Shown here one piece after another: positions 1-13,100 of a DNA stretch of 64,000 bases (position 1 is its first letter; every line of letters begins with the position of its first letter). This DNA comes from Felis catus (Eukaryota): positions 26,228,001 through 26,292,000 of the forward strand of contig NC_058369.1 in NCBI RefSeq assembly GCF_018350175.1. Reading direction: 5' to 3'. Position numbers and translations under genes: made by a program. The notes under the pieces were generated by a model, which ran no database searches, was not told where the DNA came from, and was given only the letters and a program-made list of their open reading frames with translations.

Positions 1-202
1 TGGGCAAACAGGGTTAAGTTCCATTCTTTCTGGCAAGTCACTCGCGGACCAAGAAATGGAATGTGCCGAGGATATTTCATTGTCAAGAATTAGGGTGATA
101 CTAATCCCCTTAGCCTCATTTTCGCTTTCTGGTTCACTGTCGTTTAACCCTGCCAGGTTCAAAGGATTAGGGAGAAGACGGAATCAAATGAAATGTCTTC
201 TA

Positions 203-590
203 GCAGTGTTTCTCCATCCTGGCTGCGTGTTAGAATGGCCTAGGGAATTTTAAATTATTTTATTTTATTTTGAGAGTGAGAGAGAGCGTGTGCAACTCAC
301 ATGCACAGGAGCAAGGGAGGGGCAGAGAGAGAGAGAGGGAGAGAGAGAATCCCGGTCAGCCTGAAGCAGGACTCGATCTCACACCCGTGAGATCGTGACC
401 TGAGCCAAAATCAAGAGTGGGAGACTTAGCCAACCTAACCATCCAGGCGCCCCCGCCTAGGGAATTTTTTAAAAATACCCATGTCCAGCCTCTGCCCCAG
501 GCCAAATGAATCTGAATCTCTGGGGATGGTTTCCCAGAATCTATATTTTTAAAATGCTACCTGGGGGAGTCTGTGCAGCCAGGCCTTCAA
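203..590. mobile_element. MER5A-like hAT MITE split by a minus-strand SINE (255-455)
   Basis: cagtgtttctc...ggctgc...ttagaat and aatgaatctgaatctctgggg motifs. SINE TSD gcctagggaatttt at 238-251 and 456-469. Confidence 0.65.
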
Positions 591-732
591 GACTGTGAAC
601 TTAAAAGAAAAAATCCCTGAGGACTGGAAGACAGTGTTTCAAGGTAGATTTGGTAAGTGGCTAAGAATGCTCCTTATTGATTTACTTTAGTAATAAATCC
701 AGGGTTGGAGGTCAGTGGGTTCACTTCCTCCA

Positions 733-939
733 AAAGGGCTCTCGGTTGAGGACAGCTTTGTCCCCAAGGGTGCATTTGGCAGTGTCTGGAGACATTTTTT
801 CTTGTCACGACTTAGGGGTGGCTTTGAGTGGGTAGAGGTCCCAGATTCTGCCAAATATCCTACAATACATAGGACAGCCTCCCACAACAAAGACCTAGCT
901 GGCCCAAAATGTCAGTTGTGCCACAGCTGAGAAACCCTG
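733..939. mobile_element. MER20-like DNA transposon
   Basis: catttggcagtgtctggagacattttt...cccaaaatgtcagt...tgagaaaccctg, as in the recalled MER20 consensus. Confidence 0.8.
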
Positions 940-2749
940 ATCTAGACACAATTTTTGCAAACCAAAGTCCTGTCTGACCTTGGATGTAGTTGTCTCTTGA
1001 AAGAAGGTCAAGATATGCTCCTAAACTGGGCCCTCAGAAACCCTCTGGATCGTATTCCAGGCTTTCCGATCCCAGAAGCCACGTCGGGTGTCACTGCCTG
1101 TCGTTGGATGCGTTTGGGGCTGCACCAAGGAAACTGCTGATTCAGGGGCACAGGGCAGTCTGCGGATGACGTGGGGAGAGGTTCTTACACTGCTGCAGGT
1201 TGGGATCCTCTTCTTTTTGTGAAGCAATTATATAAAGTAATAGCAGCCTTTGCCTTGGGCCGTTTTCCAGAAGCTGTGGCTCTGTGGCTGTTGGCGTTGG
1301 ATGTTTACTTTGTGATATACCCCAAACAAGATTCGAGCCTTGTGTGTGATGAATTTTGGGAATGGAGCAATGGGCTAGACTCTGGGAGTATCAAGACAGC
1401 AGCACAGACACTCCCACTGACTCCCGCATCTGAGTGGCACTGGAGGGGATGGAGGGGTGGCAGGGCTGCCTCTCCAGGCCTGGGAGGGCAGGCAGGGTCT
1501 TCTCGGCTGTACAGAGTGAGCACTTGGTATCTGCCCGTCACTGCTTGGGGCAGTCTCCACGCATCCTCTCATTTTGTCCTTTCACAGGGGCTGTAGGAGG
1601 TCAGCTGATTCACCAAGGTCACACAGCTGGTGGGTAGCAGAGCAGAGATTTGAACCCAGGCTGTAGAACTGCAGAACTGAATCCCCCGAGGAGCATTTAC
1701 AGACTGGGGCTGTGCTCCCCAGCCGAGACTTGTAGGATGAGCTGGAGCTCACCAGGCAGGGGGGAGAAAAGGCACATGGGGGAGAGGGTATCATGCGTGC
1801 CAGAGCCGTGGAGGTATGAAAGAGCATGACATGTCAGGGATTATAGCTCACTCAGAGACAGGGGGTGTGTGTGACAAGAGAGGATGATGCTTGAGAGGCG
1901 GGGAGGTATGAAATCCTAGGTAGCCGTGTGAATCGTGCTGAGGACCACTGGGAGCCACTGGTGGAATGGGATGGAGGCAGAGAAAGAGCTGTGTGACATT
2001 GGGCAGCTTGCTTAACCTCTCTGAGCCCCAGCCTCCCATCTGGGAAAGGCCTCTCAAACTCAGCACTGCGAAGATTGTTCATTTTGTGGGTGAGCATGAG
2101 GAACAGAGCGAAAGAGTGGCCTGCAGTGGCACTGGTGGACAGCCCTGTTGATTTGTGACCTCCTGGCTTATCCTTATTTACAAAGTGCCTGCCACAGGCA
2201 AGGCAGTGTGTCCTCAAGTGCTGTGGCAAGGTGCAGAGATGTAGTAAGACTCGTGTTGAAGACTTGCAGCCTCGTGGGGGCGCAGTGAGTGTTCTCACGG
2301 GTACTGTGATAAAAGACACACATCCCCAGGGCCACAAGAGACGAGTATTCCGACAAAATATCTGAGGCATGGGGGTTCCTAATGCCTGGGGGACCAAGGG
2401 CAGGTACACTGAAGGAGATAACTCCTAGCTCTGCCAGAAAGATTCGTGAAGGAAAAGATCGGGGTAAGTCATGGGCATCTTCCAGGTAGAGAGATTGGGG
2501 GAAATAGAGAAAAATAAAAAACCGGTTCAGGTGCGGTCACCCAGAGGGTCAGAGTATCAGCATTTCTGGTATCTGATTCCCTGCGGTTTCCAGATTATAG
2601 AGGGGAAGCAGAAGTCATCATAGTAGGAAAATATTCAGTGATGAACTTGCCACGTACAGACTGAGCCTCCACTCTATCACCCCTCCCTCTGTATTCAAGC
2701 CAGGCTCCGGGACCATCTACATCTTGGTCATCTCTCCCAGCTCGTAGGA

Positions 2750-3050
2750 TGTTTTGCAAATACATGCAGGACAAACACTGAAATTGTAACTCTTGTGAGA
2801 GAGGCAAGACTTCATGAAATGAAAGCAAGCGATGTTGGAGAACTGCTGGAATGACATGTCCAGGCAGTAATAGATGAGGATCTGGCAGTGTGACACCTGA
2901 TGAAGAAAAGGGGAAAGAGGCTTGAAAATCAAACAAGCAAGCCCTTGAGAGATCAATTGGGTATGTTTGCAAAAATGTCCTTTTTGCAATAGCACTGGTC
3001 ACCAAATGTTAACTGGAAGGATTTATCAGGCTTTAAAATGATCCACGTGA
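2750..3050 (+). mobile_element. ancient Tigger/pogo transposase remnant
   Basis: A + frame reads LHEMKASDVGELLE*HVQAVIDEDL, resembling the Tigger C-terminal motif F.E....DVEELLESH...LT.EDL, with stops. Confidence 0.5.
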
Positions 3051-3368
3051 GATTTATTCTTTGTTCTAAGAATTAGCACAGGATTGCAGTTATGACCTAA
3101 TTTTGTTTAATGTTTACTATTGCTTTTAAAATACATTTGATTTGGGTTTTTTTTTTTTTTAATGTGGATTAAGTTCTAAACAGAACTGTTTTCCTCTTAA
3201 CTGTGAACTCTCCTGTGTGGTTTCACCACGTCCCTTTTTCTGATGCTGATTCTGTTGGGTTACAGAGATGTCCTTCGGAAGGAGATTCTGGCTAGAAAGA
3301 AGGTGGGGACCAGCTCACAAAGGGGCCTGAATGCTGGGCCTCTGCTGGGAGCCAGAAATCTTGTCCTG

Positions 3369-3402
<34 letters not shown>

Positions 3403-3906
3403 CCTGGCTGTTGATAACAGGGCTCCTTTTTGTGGAACTCCGACTTTGTTCCTGCAGTTAGAAAATGCTGTCGACCAACTTCACCTCCTTTAGAAGTGAC
3501 AAAACCCTCTTTAATCTCCTTGCTTTTCCTTTTATTTTGAATCACAGATTCCACAATGGGAGAATGTTTTTCTTTGGGGTGCTGAGGTTCTATTTTAGGC
3601 CCTCTGCTATTGCATACCCATATAGAAGGCTATTTTAATTCTTTTCAGTCATGGGGAAGATAGTCACTTAAGCGGTGCTCTTTCTAGCACTTTACCTTTG
3701 AGAGGTGACCTCAGCTGATGACAGTGCATGCATTTGCACTAATCTGTAAGAGAGGTGCTGGAATAAAAATTTGTTCTGGACTCCCTGAGAGCCTGAAGGC
3801 TTTGGGATCTTTGGAGATCAAAGGTCAAGTGACTTTGGCTCTTTGTTTATCCAGCAGGAGACCGTCTTGTATTTCTGTAGAGTTTCTTGTTTAAAACAAA
3901 AGTTTT

Positions 3907-4336
3907 GGGGGCGCCTGGGTGGCTCAGTCCGTTAAGCGTCCAACTTCGGCTCAGGTCATGATCTCACAGTTTGTGAGTTCGAGCCCCATGTTGGGCTCTG
4001 TGCTCATAGCTCAGAGCCTGGATCCTGCTTCAGATTCTGTGGCTCCTTCTCTCTCTGCCTCTTCCCTGCTCATGCTTTCTCTCTCTCTCAAAAATAAGTA
4101 AACATTAAAAAAATTTTTTTTAAAAAACAACAAAATTTTTTTAACATTTATTCATTTTTAAGAGACAGAGACAGAGCACAAGTGGGAGAGGGACAGAGAG
4201 AGAGGGAGACACGAAACCTGAAGCAGGCTCCAGGCTGTCAGCACAGAGCCCGATGCAGGGCTCAAACCTGCAACCATGAGATCATGACCTGAACCCAAGT
4301 TGGATGCTTAACCGACTGAACCACCCAGGCGCCCCT
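3907..4336. mobile_element. tail-to-tail pair of SINEC_Fc (+ 3907-4125, - 4135-4336)
   Basis: Two full SINE bodies in opposite orientation sharing an A/T-rich junction. Confidence 0.92.
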
Positions 4337-5439
4337 GGGCTTTCTTGGCAGGCAGTTATTTCAGATGATCACCACAGTCTACATCTTAACCCGAGCAATG
4401 GTGTTTTGAAGATGCTAGGCTAGGTCAGGGCATACGTTGCGTATTTTATTGCTTGTTTCTTGACTGATACAATTTTTTAGAAGACAGCTGCAAGACACAT
4501 GAGCTACTTCCCTTCCAGCAGAAGTCCTGATTGAACTGCATAACTTTCTCCCCACTGACTGTGTCCCCTTCTCCAGGCAATCGGGGTAGCAGGATTATCT
4601 GGTTCTCTGATTCCCTGCCCACACGACCAGCCAGGCTAGGCTGAATTTCCTTGCCCGACAAGCTGCCTTAGCTGGTAGAAGCAGGGGAGGGAGTTGTGGG
4701 CTTGGCTGGTTCTTGAGCCAGAACACCCAGGGGAACCAGTTGCCAGCACTTTGGGACCTAGAGAGACAGAGTTCTCCTCTTATCAGTACCTCTCCCAGAG
4801 CCACAAAGGAGATATGCATTTCCAGTTTATGCACATGTATGGTTCCAGAATGGAAATCCTTATCTTTTGTCTTAGAATGCTGGACTTGATCAAGGACTGA
4901 AGTTCCTGTCAAACTGACTTAACCTTTGGATAGTCACACAAGGCAGGAGCTCTCCCAGTCTTTGTTATCTTAGTAGGCAGCCTGTGTAGCTTGTGGAGAG
5001 AGAGAGAGAGAGGGAGGCAGGCTACCGGCCTTCATATTTGTATTTGTTTCTTCCCTTATCATGTGAAACAATTAAGGTTTGGTTGCTCTCTCTCTCATGG
5101 GCCTTTTTTTTTTTTTTAATAAATTGAACTCCTGTATCTTACTTACTTATTTGTTTATTTTTGAGAGAGATAGAGAGTGGGAGTGAGTGAGGAGCAGAGA
5201 GAGAGAGAGAATCCCACAAGGTGTAAAGAGAGAGGGAGAGAGAGTGTGGAGCCCGGAATGGTTCTCAAGTTCACCTGACACGGGCCTTGAGCTTATGAAC
5301 CGTGAGCTCATGACCTGAGCCAAAGTCGGATACTTAACCAACTGAGCCACCCAGGCGCCCCTGCTGTGGGCCTTTTAATTAGCTTAGAGTCCAGAACTGG
5401 CCAGAAGAAGTTTTTGTGCTAATGAAAGTGTTCTCTATG

Positions 5440-5595
5440 CTCCCTGCCCAGGATGGTGGCCATTAGCTACATGTAGCTCTTGAGCAGGTGAAATGTGACT
5501 AGTGCACCTGAGGAACTGAACTCTATATTGTATTTAATTTTGATCAATTTAAACAGCCACATGTGGCTAGTGGCAACGTATTGGACAGTGCAGGA
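5440..5595. mobile_element. MER3-like hAT MITE (similar copy at ~9630-9770)
   Basis: gccattagctacatgt...gaggaactgaa...agccacatgtggctagtggc...tattggacagtgcag. Confidence 0.75.
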
Positions 5596-5812
5596 TAGAC
5601 CATTCTATTTCAGGACTTTATATTATATTTTGTAATTAAATAGAGAAAGCCTTACACATGCACATGATAGTAATTCAAAAGATATAACAGGGGGCCACCT
5701 GGGTGGCTCAGTCGGTCCAGCGTTCAACTCTGGATTTCCGCTCGGGTTGTGATCCTGGGCCATGGGATCATGCCCATGTTGAGCTCCTTGGTGAGCATGG
5801 AGCCTGCTTGAG

Positions 5813-5813
<1 letters not shown>

Positions 5814-5854
<41 letters not shown>

Positions 5855-6035
5855 TCTCCCTCTCTCCCTCCCTCTCTCCCTCTCTCCCTCTCCCTCTCCC
5901 TCTCCCTCTCCCTCTCCCTCTCCCTCTCCCTCTCCCTCTCCCTCTCCCTCTCCCTCTCTCCCTCTCTCCCTCTCTCCCTCTCTCCCTCTCTCCCTCTCTC
6001 CCCTCCCTCCCTCCCTCCCTCCCTCCCTCTCCCTC
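5814..6035 (+). repeat. expanded (CT)n/(CTCTCC)n polypyrimidine tract inside a SINE (5690-6070)
   Basis: Read directly. It produces the spurious ER and SP ORFs at 5623-6230. Confidence 0.95.
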
Positions 6036-8495
6036 TCTTCCTCTGCTCCTTCTCTGTCTCTAAAAAAAGGTCAAAAGATACAAGATGCAGCCATGGTAAC
6101 CAGTTTCCTGTGTATCCTTCTCCCTCCCTCTCTTTCTGTCTTTCTGTCTCCTTTAATGCAAAAGGTATTATTCTATCCATTCTCTGCTGTTTCTTGTTTT
6201 TTGGTGTTGCTTTTTTTTTTTTTGAGTTAACAGTGAATCTTGGGGGACACCTGGGTTACTCAGTGGATTAAGTGTCTGACTTTTGGTTTCAGCTCAGGTC
6301 ACGGTTTGTGAGATCAAGCCCTGCATCGGGCTCTTTGCTGACTGTGGAGCCTGCTTGGTATTCTCTCACTCCCTCCCCCTCTGCCCTTCCCCTGCTCATG
6401 CTCTCTCTCCCTTTCTCTCTCTCAAAATAAATACATAAATTTTTTAAAATCTTAAAAAAGAATGAACCTTGGAGGTCATTACTCATAAAGACAAATAGAA
6501 CTGCCTCATTATTTTAATGGCTTATGTTTAATTTTATTTGTATTTAATGGCTATACATAATACTTCCTTATAAAGCTATACCATTGTTTACTTAACAGAT
6601 GCCCTATAAGTGGGCATATGAGTTAATTTCACACATTTACCATGATAGATTCTACCGTGACACGTAACCTTCCACAAACATGATTTCATACACTAGGTAC
6701 AAACATAAACTCTTAGAAGAGATTCTTAGGTTGAAGGTATGTGCATTTTACAATGTCACAGATTTTAACAAATTGCCATGCATAGAGTTTGTTCATGGGA
6801 ATATAAATTGGTACATTGTATAGAGCATCTATTTACCCACAGTCTCTGCAACATAGACTGTTGCTAAACTTTTTGTTTTTTGCTGGTACGGTAAATAAAG
6901 ATTGCTATTGTTGCCTGGGTGGCTCAGCTGGTTAAGTGGCTGACTTTGGCTCGGGTCATGATCTCACAGTTTGTGAGTTTGAGCCCAGCATCGGGCTCTG
7001 TGCTGACAGTGTTGAACCTACTTGGGATTCTCTCTCCCTCTCTCTCTGCCCTCCCTTGTGTGCTCTCTCTCAAAATCAATAAGTAAACTTAAAAAAAAAA
7101 AAAAAAGGATACCACTTAAAAAAATTAAGACTGCCATTAGCTTGTGAATTTAATCTGCATTTCTCTTATTATAAATGAGCTTGAGGGTCTTTTTATATGT
7201 TCGAAAGTCATTTGTGTTTACTTTCTGATAAATTATCTACTCAGATCATTTGCCCATTTTCCTATTGGATTTTGTTGTTGTTTCGATTTTTAGGAACCTT
7301 TTGTGCATTCAGGAAATTAGTCTGTTGTGTCTGAGTATGTATTGACAAATCTTGATCTTGGTCATGGTGTATCTTTCCATGTGGACATTGAAAACATGTT
7401 TATGCAGTGAACATGTTAATCTTTTCGTTATGGCCTCTGGACCTTCTATCTTACTTAGACTTTCCCTGCTCAGATATTTTCAAACAGAGTTCTTATGTTG
7501 TCTTACAGAACTTCCATGGTTTTATTTTACTTTTTTAGGTTTAACTCTTTGACTCCTCTGAAATAATTCAGGGGTTTTGTGGATTTACCTTCCCATTCTT
7601 CTGCCATGGTGCCTCGGCACTGTGTCTCCCTTTCCAGCCCTGGTTTTGAGCTGTGGGGTCCCTCTAGCAGCCACTCTGGTAGAAACATTATCCTCATTTG
7701 TTCCCTGGCTGCCACCTTCTCATTCCTTTCTTTATTCTGTGTTATGTTGTTATGTTGTGTTATGTTATTTTTAAGTAAGCTCTATGCCCAACTTGGGGCT
7801 TGAACTCAGAACCCTGAGATTAAGAGTTGCATGCTCTACCAACTGAGCCAGTCAGACACCCCTCTTTTTTTTAATTAAAAAATTTTTAAATAAATTCTAT
7901 ACCCAGTGTGGGGCTCGAACTTTGATCCCCGAGATCAAGAGTTACATGCTCTACCGATGGAGCCAGCCAGGTGCTCCTTCTCCTTCCTTCCTAAGTACAA
8001 CTTTTAGGGAAACCCTAATGACGAATGGAGAAGGCAAGTTTCAGTCTTTGGGGGTCTTAGTTACGTTTGTAGGTCTCAGAGCCCCCTTTCACCTGAGTGT
8101 GCCTGTCCCCCCCCAGCCCCCCCACCCCCACCCACACACACCCTGCTTCTTGCCTTTCTCCCCACTGCAGTCCAGGAGTCACCAGCTCACTCCCAGCTCT
8201 GTCCTGTCACTGCACATTTCTTCTTTGACCTCCTTCATGCCTTCCTAGGCCTGGCTCATTATCTGCTGTGCCCTGCCCTTTGTGCTGGTTTCTTAATTGG
8301 GGTAGGTGAGCCAAACACAAGGTGGGCTATGAAGCCACACCTGTGCCCGTGCCCAGGAGGAGAGAAGGCCATGCCAGCCATCGTGCCACCTCTGCCTCTG
8401 TCTCTGGTGAAGCCAGCAATTTTGTGGCTGTTAGCAATTCATTCACCTTCTCATTATGATTTAATGCTTTGTCATTTTCTTTCTTGTGATTCCAG

Positions 8496-8560
8496 AATCT
8501 CATTTTCAGCTTCTGCCAGAGCCAGGAGCAGTTGGGAAAGAAGGCCGTGTTCTTTGAAGA
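8496..8560 (+). other. ABHD6: probable non-coding 5'UTR exon of ABHD6 (65 nt)
   Basis: Strong acceptor ttttctttcttgtgattccag| and donor AGA|gtgagt. Size and the ~7 kb distance to the ATG exon fit my recollection of human ABHD6 exon 2. Confidence 0.7.
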
Positions 8561-8614
8561 GTGAGTATGGCTTTTTAACACTGTTGCTTTAAAAAAAAAA
8601 AAAAAAAAAAGGAG

Positions 8615-8832
8615 GGGGAGCCTGGGTGGCGCAGTCAGTTAAGCGTCCGACTTCAGCCAGGTCACGATCTCGTGGTCCGTGAGTTCGGGCCCCGCGTCAG
8701 GCTCTGGGCTGATGGCTCAGAGCCTGGAGCCTTTTTCTGATTCTGTGTCTCCCTCTCTCTCTGCCCCTCCCCCGTTCATGCTCTGTCTCTCTCTGTCCCA
8801 AAAATAAATAAACGTTGGAAAAAAAAATAAAA

Positions 8833-8888
<56 letters not shown>

Positions 8889-8896
8889 AAAAAAAA
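8615..8896 (+). mobile_element. young SINEC_Fc with (GAAA)n tail
   Basis: Felid-type variant gtggcgcagtc...cagccaggtcacgatc...gggctgatggctcaga with many intact CpGs. Confidence 0.93.
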
Positions 8897-10071
8897 GGCA
8901 GCTCTTAAAGAGCCTGAGGCTCCTCTATAAGCCCCCCCAAAACCCCTCTCCAGGCCAACCTGCAGTGGTGATTTCTCTGGTTCAGTGGTCTGCGGGGAGG
9001 AGGTTGGGCACCTGCAGGTTAGATACATACCCAGAAGCCCCCTATGGACAGTTCTCAGAGTGTGCCAGGAGCAGGGTGCGAAGCTTGGAGGTCTAGAAGA
9101 ACTGAGCCTTTGGGAACCAAGATGCACACCTGGGGAGTGTGAGACTCGAATCAGCCCCAAAGGCAGAGAGGCAGAGAGGCAGAGAGGTTCATCTGGCAGC
9201 CAGGACGTGGGAGTGTTCCACATGAAGGGGGCAGCCTGGGGAAAGACAAAGCATGAGGCTGTGCAGGGCTGGCATGGGGACGGGAGTTGGTTATTTGGGG
9301 TGCAGGCAGAGATGTGGGAGTTGGCCCAGGAAGTTGGGTTGGGATCATATCAAGCAGTCTGAGTTCACATTAGACCTGGGCAGCCTAATGCGTGATGTGA
9401 GTTGTGAAGATTCCCCTGGCAACTAGTGTTAGAGATGTGACAGAATGGGAGCAAGAAGAAAGGATGACCCGGACCCAGTGTGGTGGCTGAGGGAGCTGTG
9501 ATCTGTCTCACACCTGGTATCTCACACCCAGTGGAAATTTTTCTTCCCACCCAACATTCCTAGTAAATGTGGAACCAGATTGGCCTAAGGAATTGGTTGC
9601 AAGAGGCTTTCAGGGGTATAGACCCTCTAAAGCTGTGCTGTCCAATATGGACAGCTCCTTTTCCTGTGTGGCTACCGTGCACTTAAAATGTGACAGGTGT
9701 GAGTGTAGAACTGAACTCTGAATTTTATTTAATTAATTTAAATTTAAATAGTCATGTATTGAACGGCATAGTTTGTCTAGACTCACAAGTTGGCTTCAGT
9801 GCTGGCACCTCTCCACCTGTGCATTAACAGGAGTGGAGGGGGACATAGGAAGATTGAAAGATGTATCACAGTCTGGGAAGCTAGATGGATGGGCACAAAT
9901 GAATGAATCAGGAGAAGGGGGAGAGATGTGGGACTTCTGAGTCATGTGGTAGTCAAAAGGCTTTTGGAAAAGTCTGGAAGGGGGTACTGGCCAGGCGTGT
10001 TGAGTTTGGAATTCCCTGAAGAAGGGAATGGTGGAGGAGGATGTAGGGATGGAGAGCTGTCCGAGGAAGAC

Positions 10072-10178
10072 AGTGAGGAGAGCATTATGGGAATATCAGG
10101 GGACAGAGTGAGGAGAGCATCATGGGAATATCCAGTGGAGAGAGTGAGGAGAGCACCATGGGAATATCTAGGGGGAGA
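10072..10178 (+). repeat. minisatellite, 3 copies of a 35-36 bp unit
   Basis: gtgaggagagca(t/c)(t/c)atgggaatatc starts at 10073, 10108 and 10144. Confidence 0.9.
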
Positions 10179-13100
10179 GAGAGGAGAACATCTCAGAATC
10201 CAGACCCCGCATGCTGGTTTCAACAGCAGGGCTGTGAGAGCTGCAAAGCCAGACTGAGGGGGGCAGAGTTGGGCACCTCACAGCAGTATTCCTGGGGATC
10301 ATGCCACACTTTCAGTGATGCCTCAGCAAGCTTAACTGCTTGTTGGGAAATTTCAGTGTGATTTTCTTCCAGGATGAAGATGATATGTACGATAAGAGTT
10401 AGAACTGGCCGTTTCTTGAATTATTGTGTCCTCAGTCCTGGGGCTTCCACATAAGAGGATCTTAACATCTTTGTATTTTTTCTGTTGATCATTAGTGATA
10501 GTTTTGAGGGATTGGTTTATCTTGACAAGGGCCTAGTTTCAGAAAGCAGCGTTGGGTAGATGCAACAATCTTTAAGAGCTTGGATAGTATATTCAGATTT
10601 TAGGAGCTTAGTGTTTCCCTAACGGAAAACATTGGAGAAAGCATTTTCATATTGCTGAATTAAGGGAAAAAATTGTAAGCGGCACTGGGAAGTTTTTTAA
10701 AAGATACCAGCAGGAATAGGGTAATAAATTAACAGGTAACTTATAAAGTTAGCATGTTACTTGCTCTTAAAACAGTTCTAGAGAAGTGCAAAGAGCGCCA
10801 ATGGGGACACTGGACCCCCTGCCTTGTGCGTAGTGGATGCACAGTGAATCCTACAGCCAGAAAACCCTGAGAGAAAACCAACAGAGCATGAACCAGGGAC
10901 ATCTGTAGGATTGGTTTGAAATAAAGACCATTCTGTTTGCCAGCCAGGTGACCTGTGGGGCACTTTAAAATTCTTTAAGCCTTAGTTTCTCCATCTTTAA
11001 AGTGGGAGAGGGGCTCCTGGGTGGCTCAGTCGGTTTGGCTCAGGTCATGATCCCAGGACTGTGGGATCAAGTCCTGTGTCGGGCTCCATGCTGAGTGTGG
11101 AGCCTGCTTCAAATTCTCTCTCTCCCTCTGCCCTCCCCCACTCACTCATAAATAAATAGATAAACAAACAAATAAGAAAATACTTATTAAAAAATAAAGT
11201 GGGAGAAATGCTTTCTACCTCATAATGTTGTGAGGGATGAGATGAGAGGATGTATATGAACTGCCTGTGTGGGGCGTGGTTTACAGTAGTTATTTAATAG
11301 GTGGAGGTTGTCAGTCTTGTATCTTTGGCTGTGATGGTCCTGGTTATTATTGTTGCTATTGTTGTTACAATAATCATTATTTTGAAGAGACCAGAACTTT
11401 AGTCTGTCAGACTTGATGCTGTATGAGTAAAATATCTAGGGAAAGGCAAGATTCTTTGAAAGTGTCTCACATACTGTTTTCTCTTGGAATTCTGCTTTAT
11501 ACCCTGAGATTAAGGTGTTAGAACTCAGGATTCCCAGTTTTCCAAATCAGTGAGAATGTGAAAAGACAGTCGTGACACATTATGCCTTACTCCTAGCCCC
11601 CAGACGAGGGACTTTGAGATGCAACGTTTGTTTATGTGGATCCACTGGTGTCTCCTCTATCCAATCAGTCTTCATCCCTGTGTTCAGAGATACAGGCCCT
11701 ACATGCACAGCTTGGATGCTAACAGGAGGAGGCCGGATGGCAGGCTCAGTCTGGGATGTGAGCCTGTGTGACTCTCCCTGGTGTCAGAACGGACAGCTCT
11801 CTTCCTAATGTAGCTTCTCTTCGCTCTGTGCCACAAGGCCACGGAGGTCATTGTCCTTAACACTGGGGTGCCTTGCTTTCACACAACAGATACATAAAAC
11901 GAGTGCAATTTTTTTTTTCTCTTTTTCAATCTTTTTCAAGAATTCGGGCAATAAGCATTGTCAAGCCACAGATATTTGCCTGGTACTGTTTTAGGTTCTG
12001 GGGACATGTAACAAGGAGTAAGATTCTTGAGGGGGCAAGCCAGATCCTACTCTTTAATTGCCTGGTATAATTTGAGAAATGTTTTAAGTCTGAGTAGGAG
12101 AAGACAGAAGAGGTGATTTGGATGAGTGTTCTTACTTAATAGTTGAGGAAATCAAGCTCTCTTCCTGGTAGAGAGGCAGCGGGAATGTGCCCCCCCTCAG
12201 CCTGGTTGGCGCCCGAGCCATTCATGTGTCACCATTATGATTTTCACCAGACCTATATATCGCCTACTTTGCATTTTTCTTTAAATTGACTGCTTTTAAC
12301 TTAATTTTAAAAATTAATTTTCATAAATTGAAAGCATCCCTCTACTTGCTAGATGGAATGCTGGCCCATTCACGAAGGGCTTAATATTAGATCTTAAAAA
12401 AAAATAAGGAAGGCAGGAAGGAAGGAAGAGGAGGGAGGGAAAAAAATCAACACAAAGAAACCATGTTATTAAGTAGCTAGTTACTGTTGCTTGCAGGAGG
12501 GGAAGGCTTAGAGAGGTGTTTAATAACACCATACTGAGAATTTCTCTTTGACCTAGACAGAACTGAATAAGAACTGAAAGCTGATTTCTCTGTATGCGTG
12601 TCAGTGTTAATGTTACCCAGTTAATGCTGTGTAGCCCTGAGCATTATTCAGTATTCTCCTGCTCCCTAACGTCATCTTGCAAGCAAACATCAATTGTATG
12701 GGCCCCATCCTTTGGGAAATTCCACTCTCCACACCTTAGTTGACTTTCAGTCATTGGCGGTTCCAGGTTCACAAGGTTTCAGTTTTCCTGTCTCCAGACT
12801 CTCCTTTGGGTACAATAGAGTATCCTATAAACAAACCTCAGCAGGGTAGGAGAGCTTCCTTTTTAAAGAAAGGCTGGGGTAGGTCCTCTTTAAAATGAAG
12901 GATGATGCAGAGGTAGGGATCATCACTTCCTCCTTATGTATACTATGTGTATAGAAGAGTCAGAAAGCATTAGTTTCGGGGCACCTGGGTGGCTCAGTCA
13001 GTTAAGCGTCCGACTCTTGATTTCGGCTTAGGTCATGATCTCACCGTTTATTTTGCTTTAACAAAACAGAGACTGCTTGGGATTCTCTCTCTCCCTCTCT

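Noticed and set aside
3266..3399. Possible 37-nt exon (tacag|...aag|gtgggg) or terminal exon ending at ATTAAA plus A28
   Set aside because: The donor is weak and no homology is recognised. The A28 run is genomic, has no TSD and would cause internal priming.
5623..6230. 175-185 aa ORFs rich in ER or SP
   Set aside because: Read-through of a (CT)n/(CTCTCC)n microsatellite.
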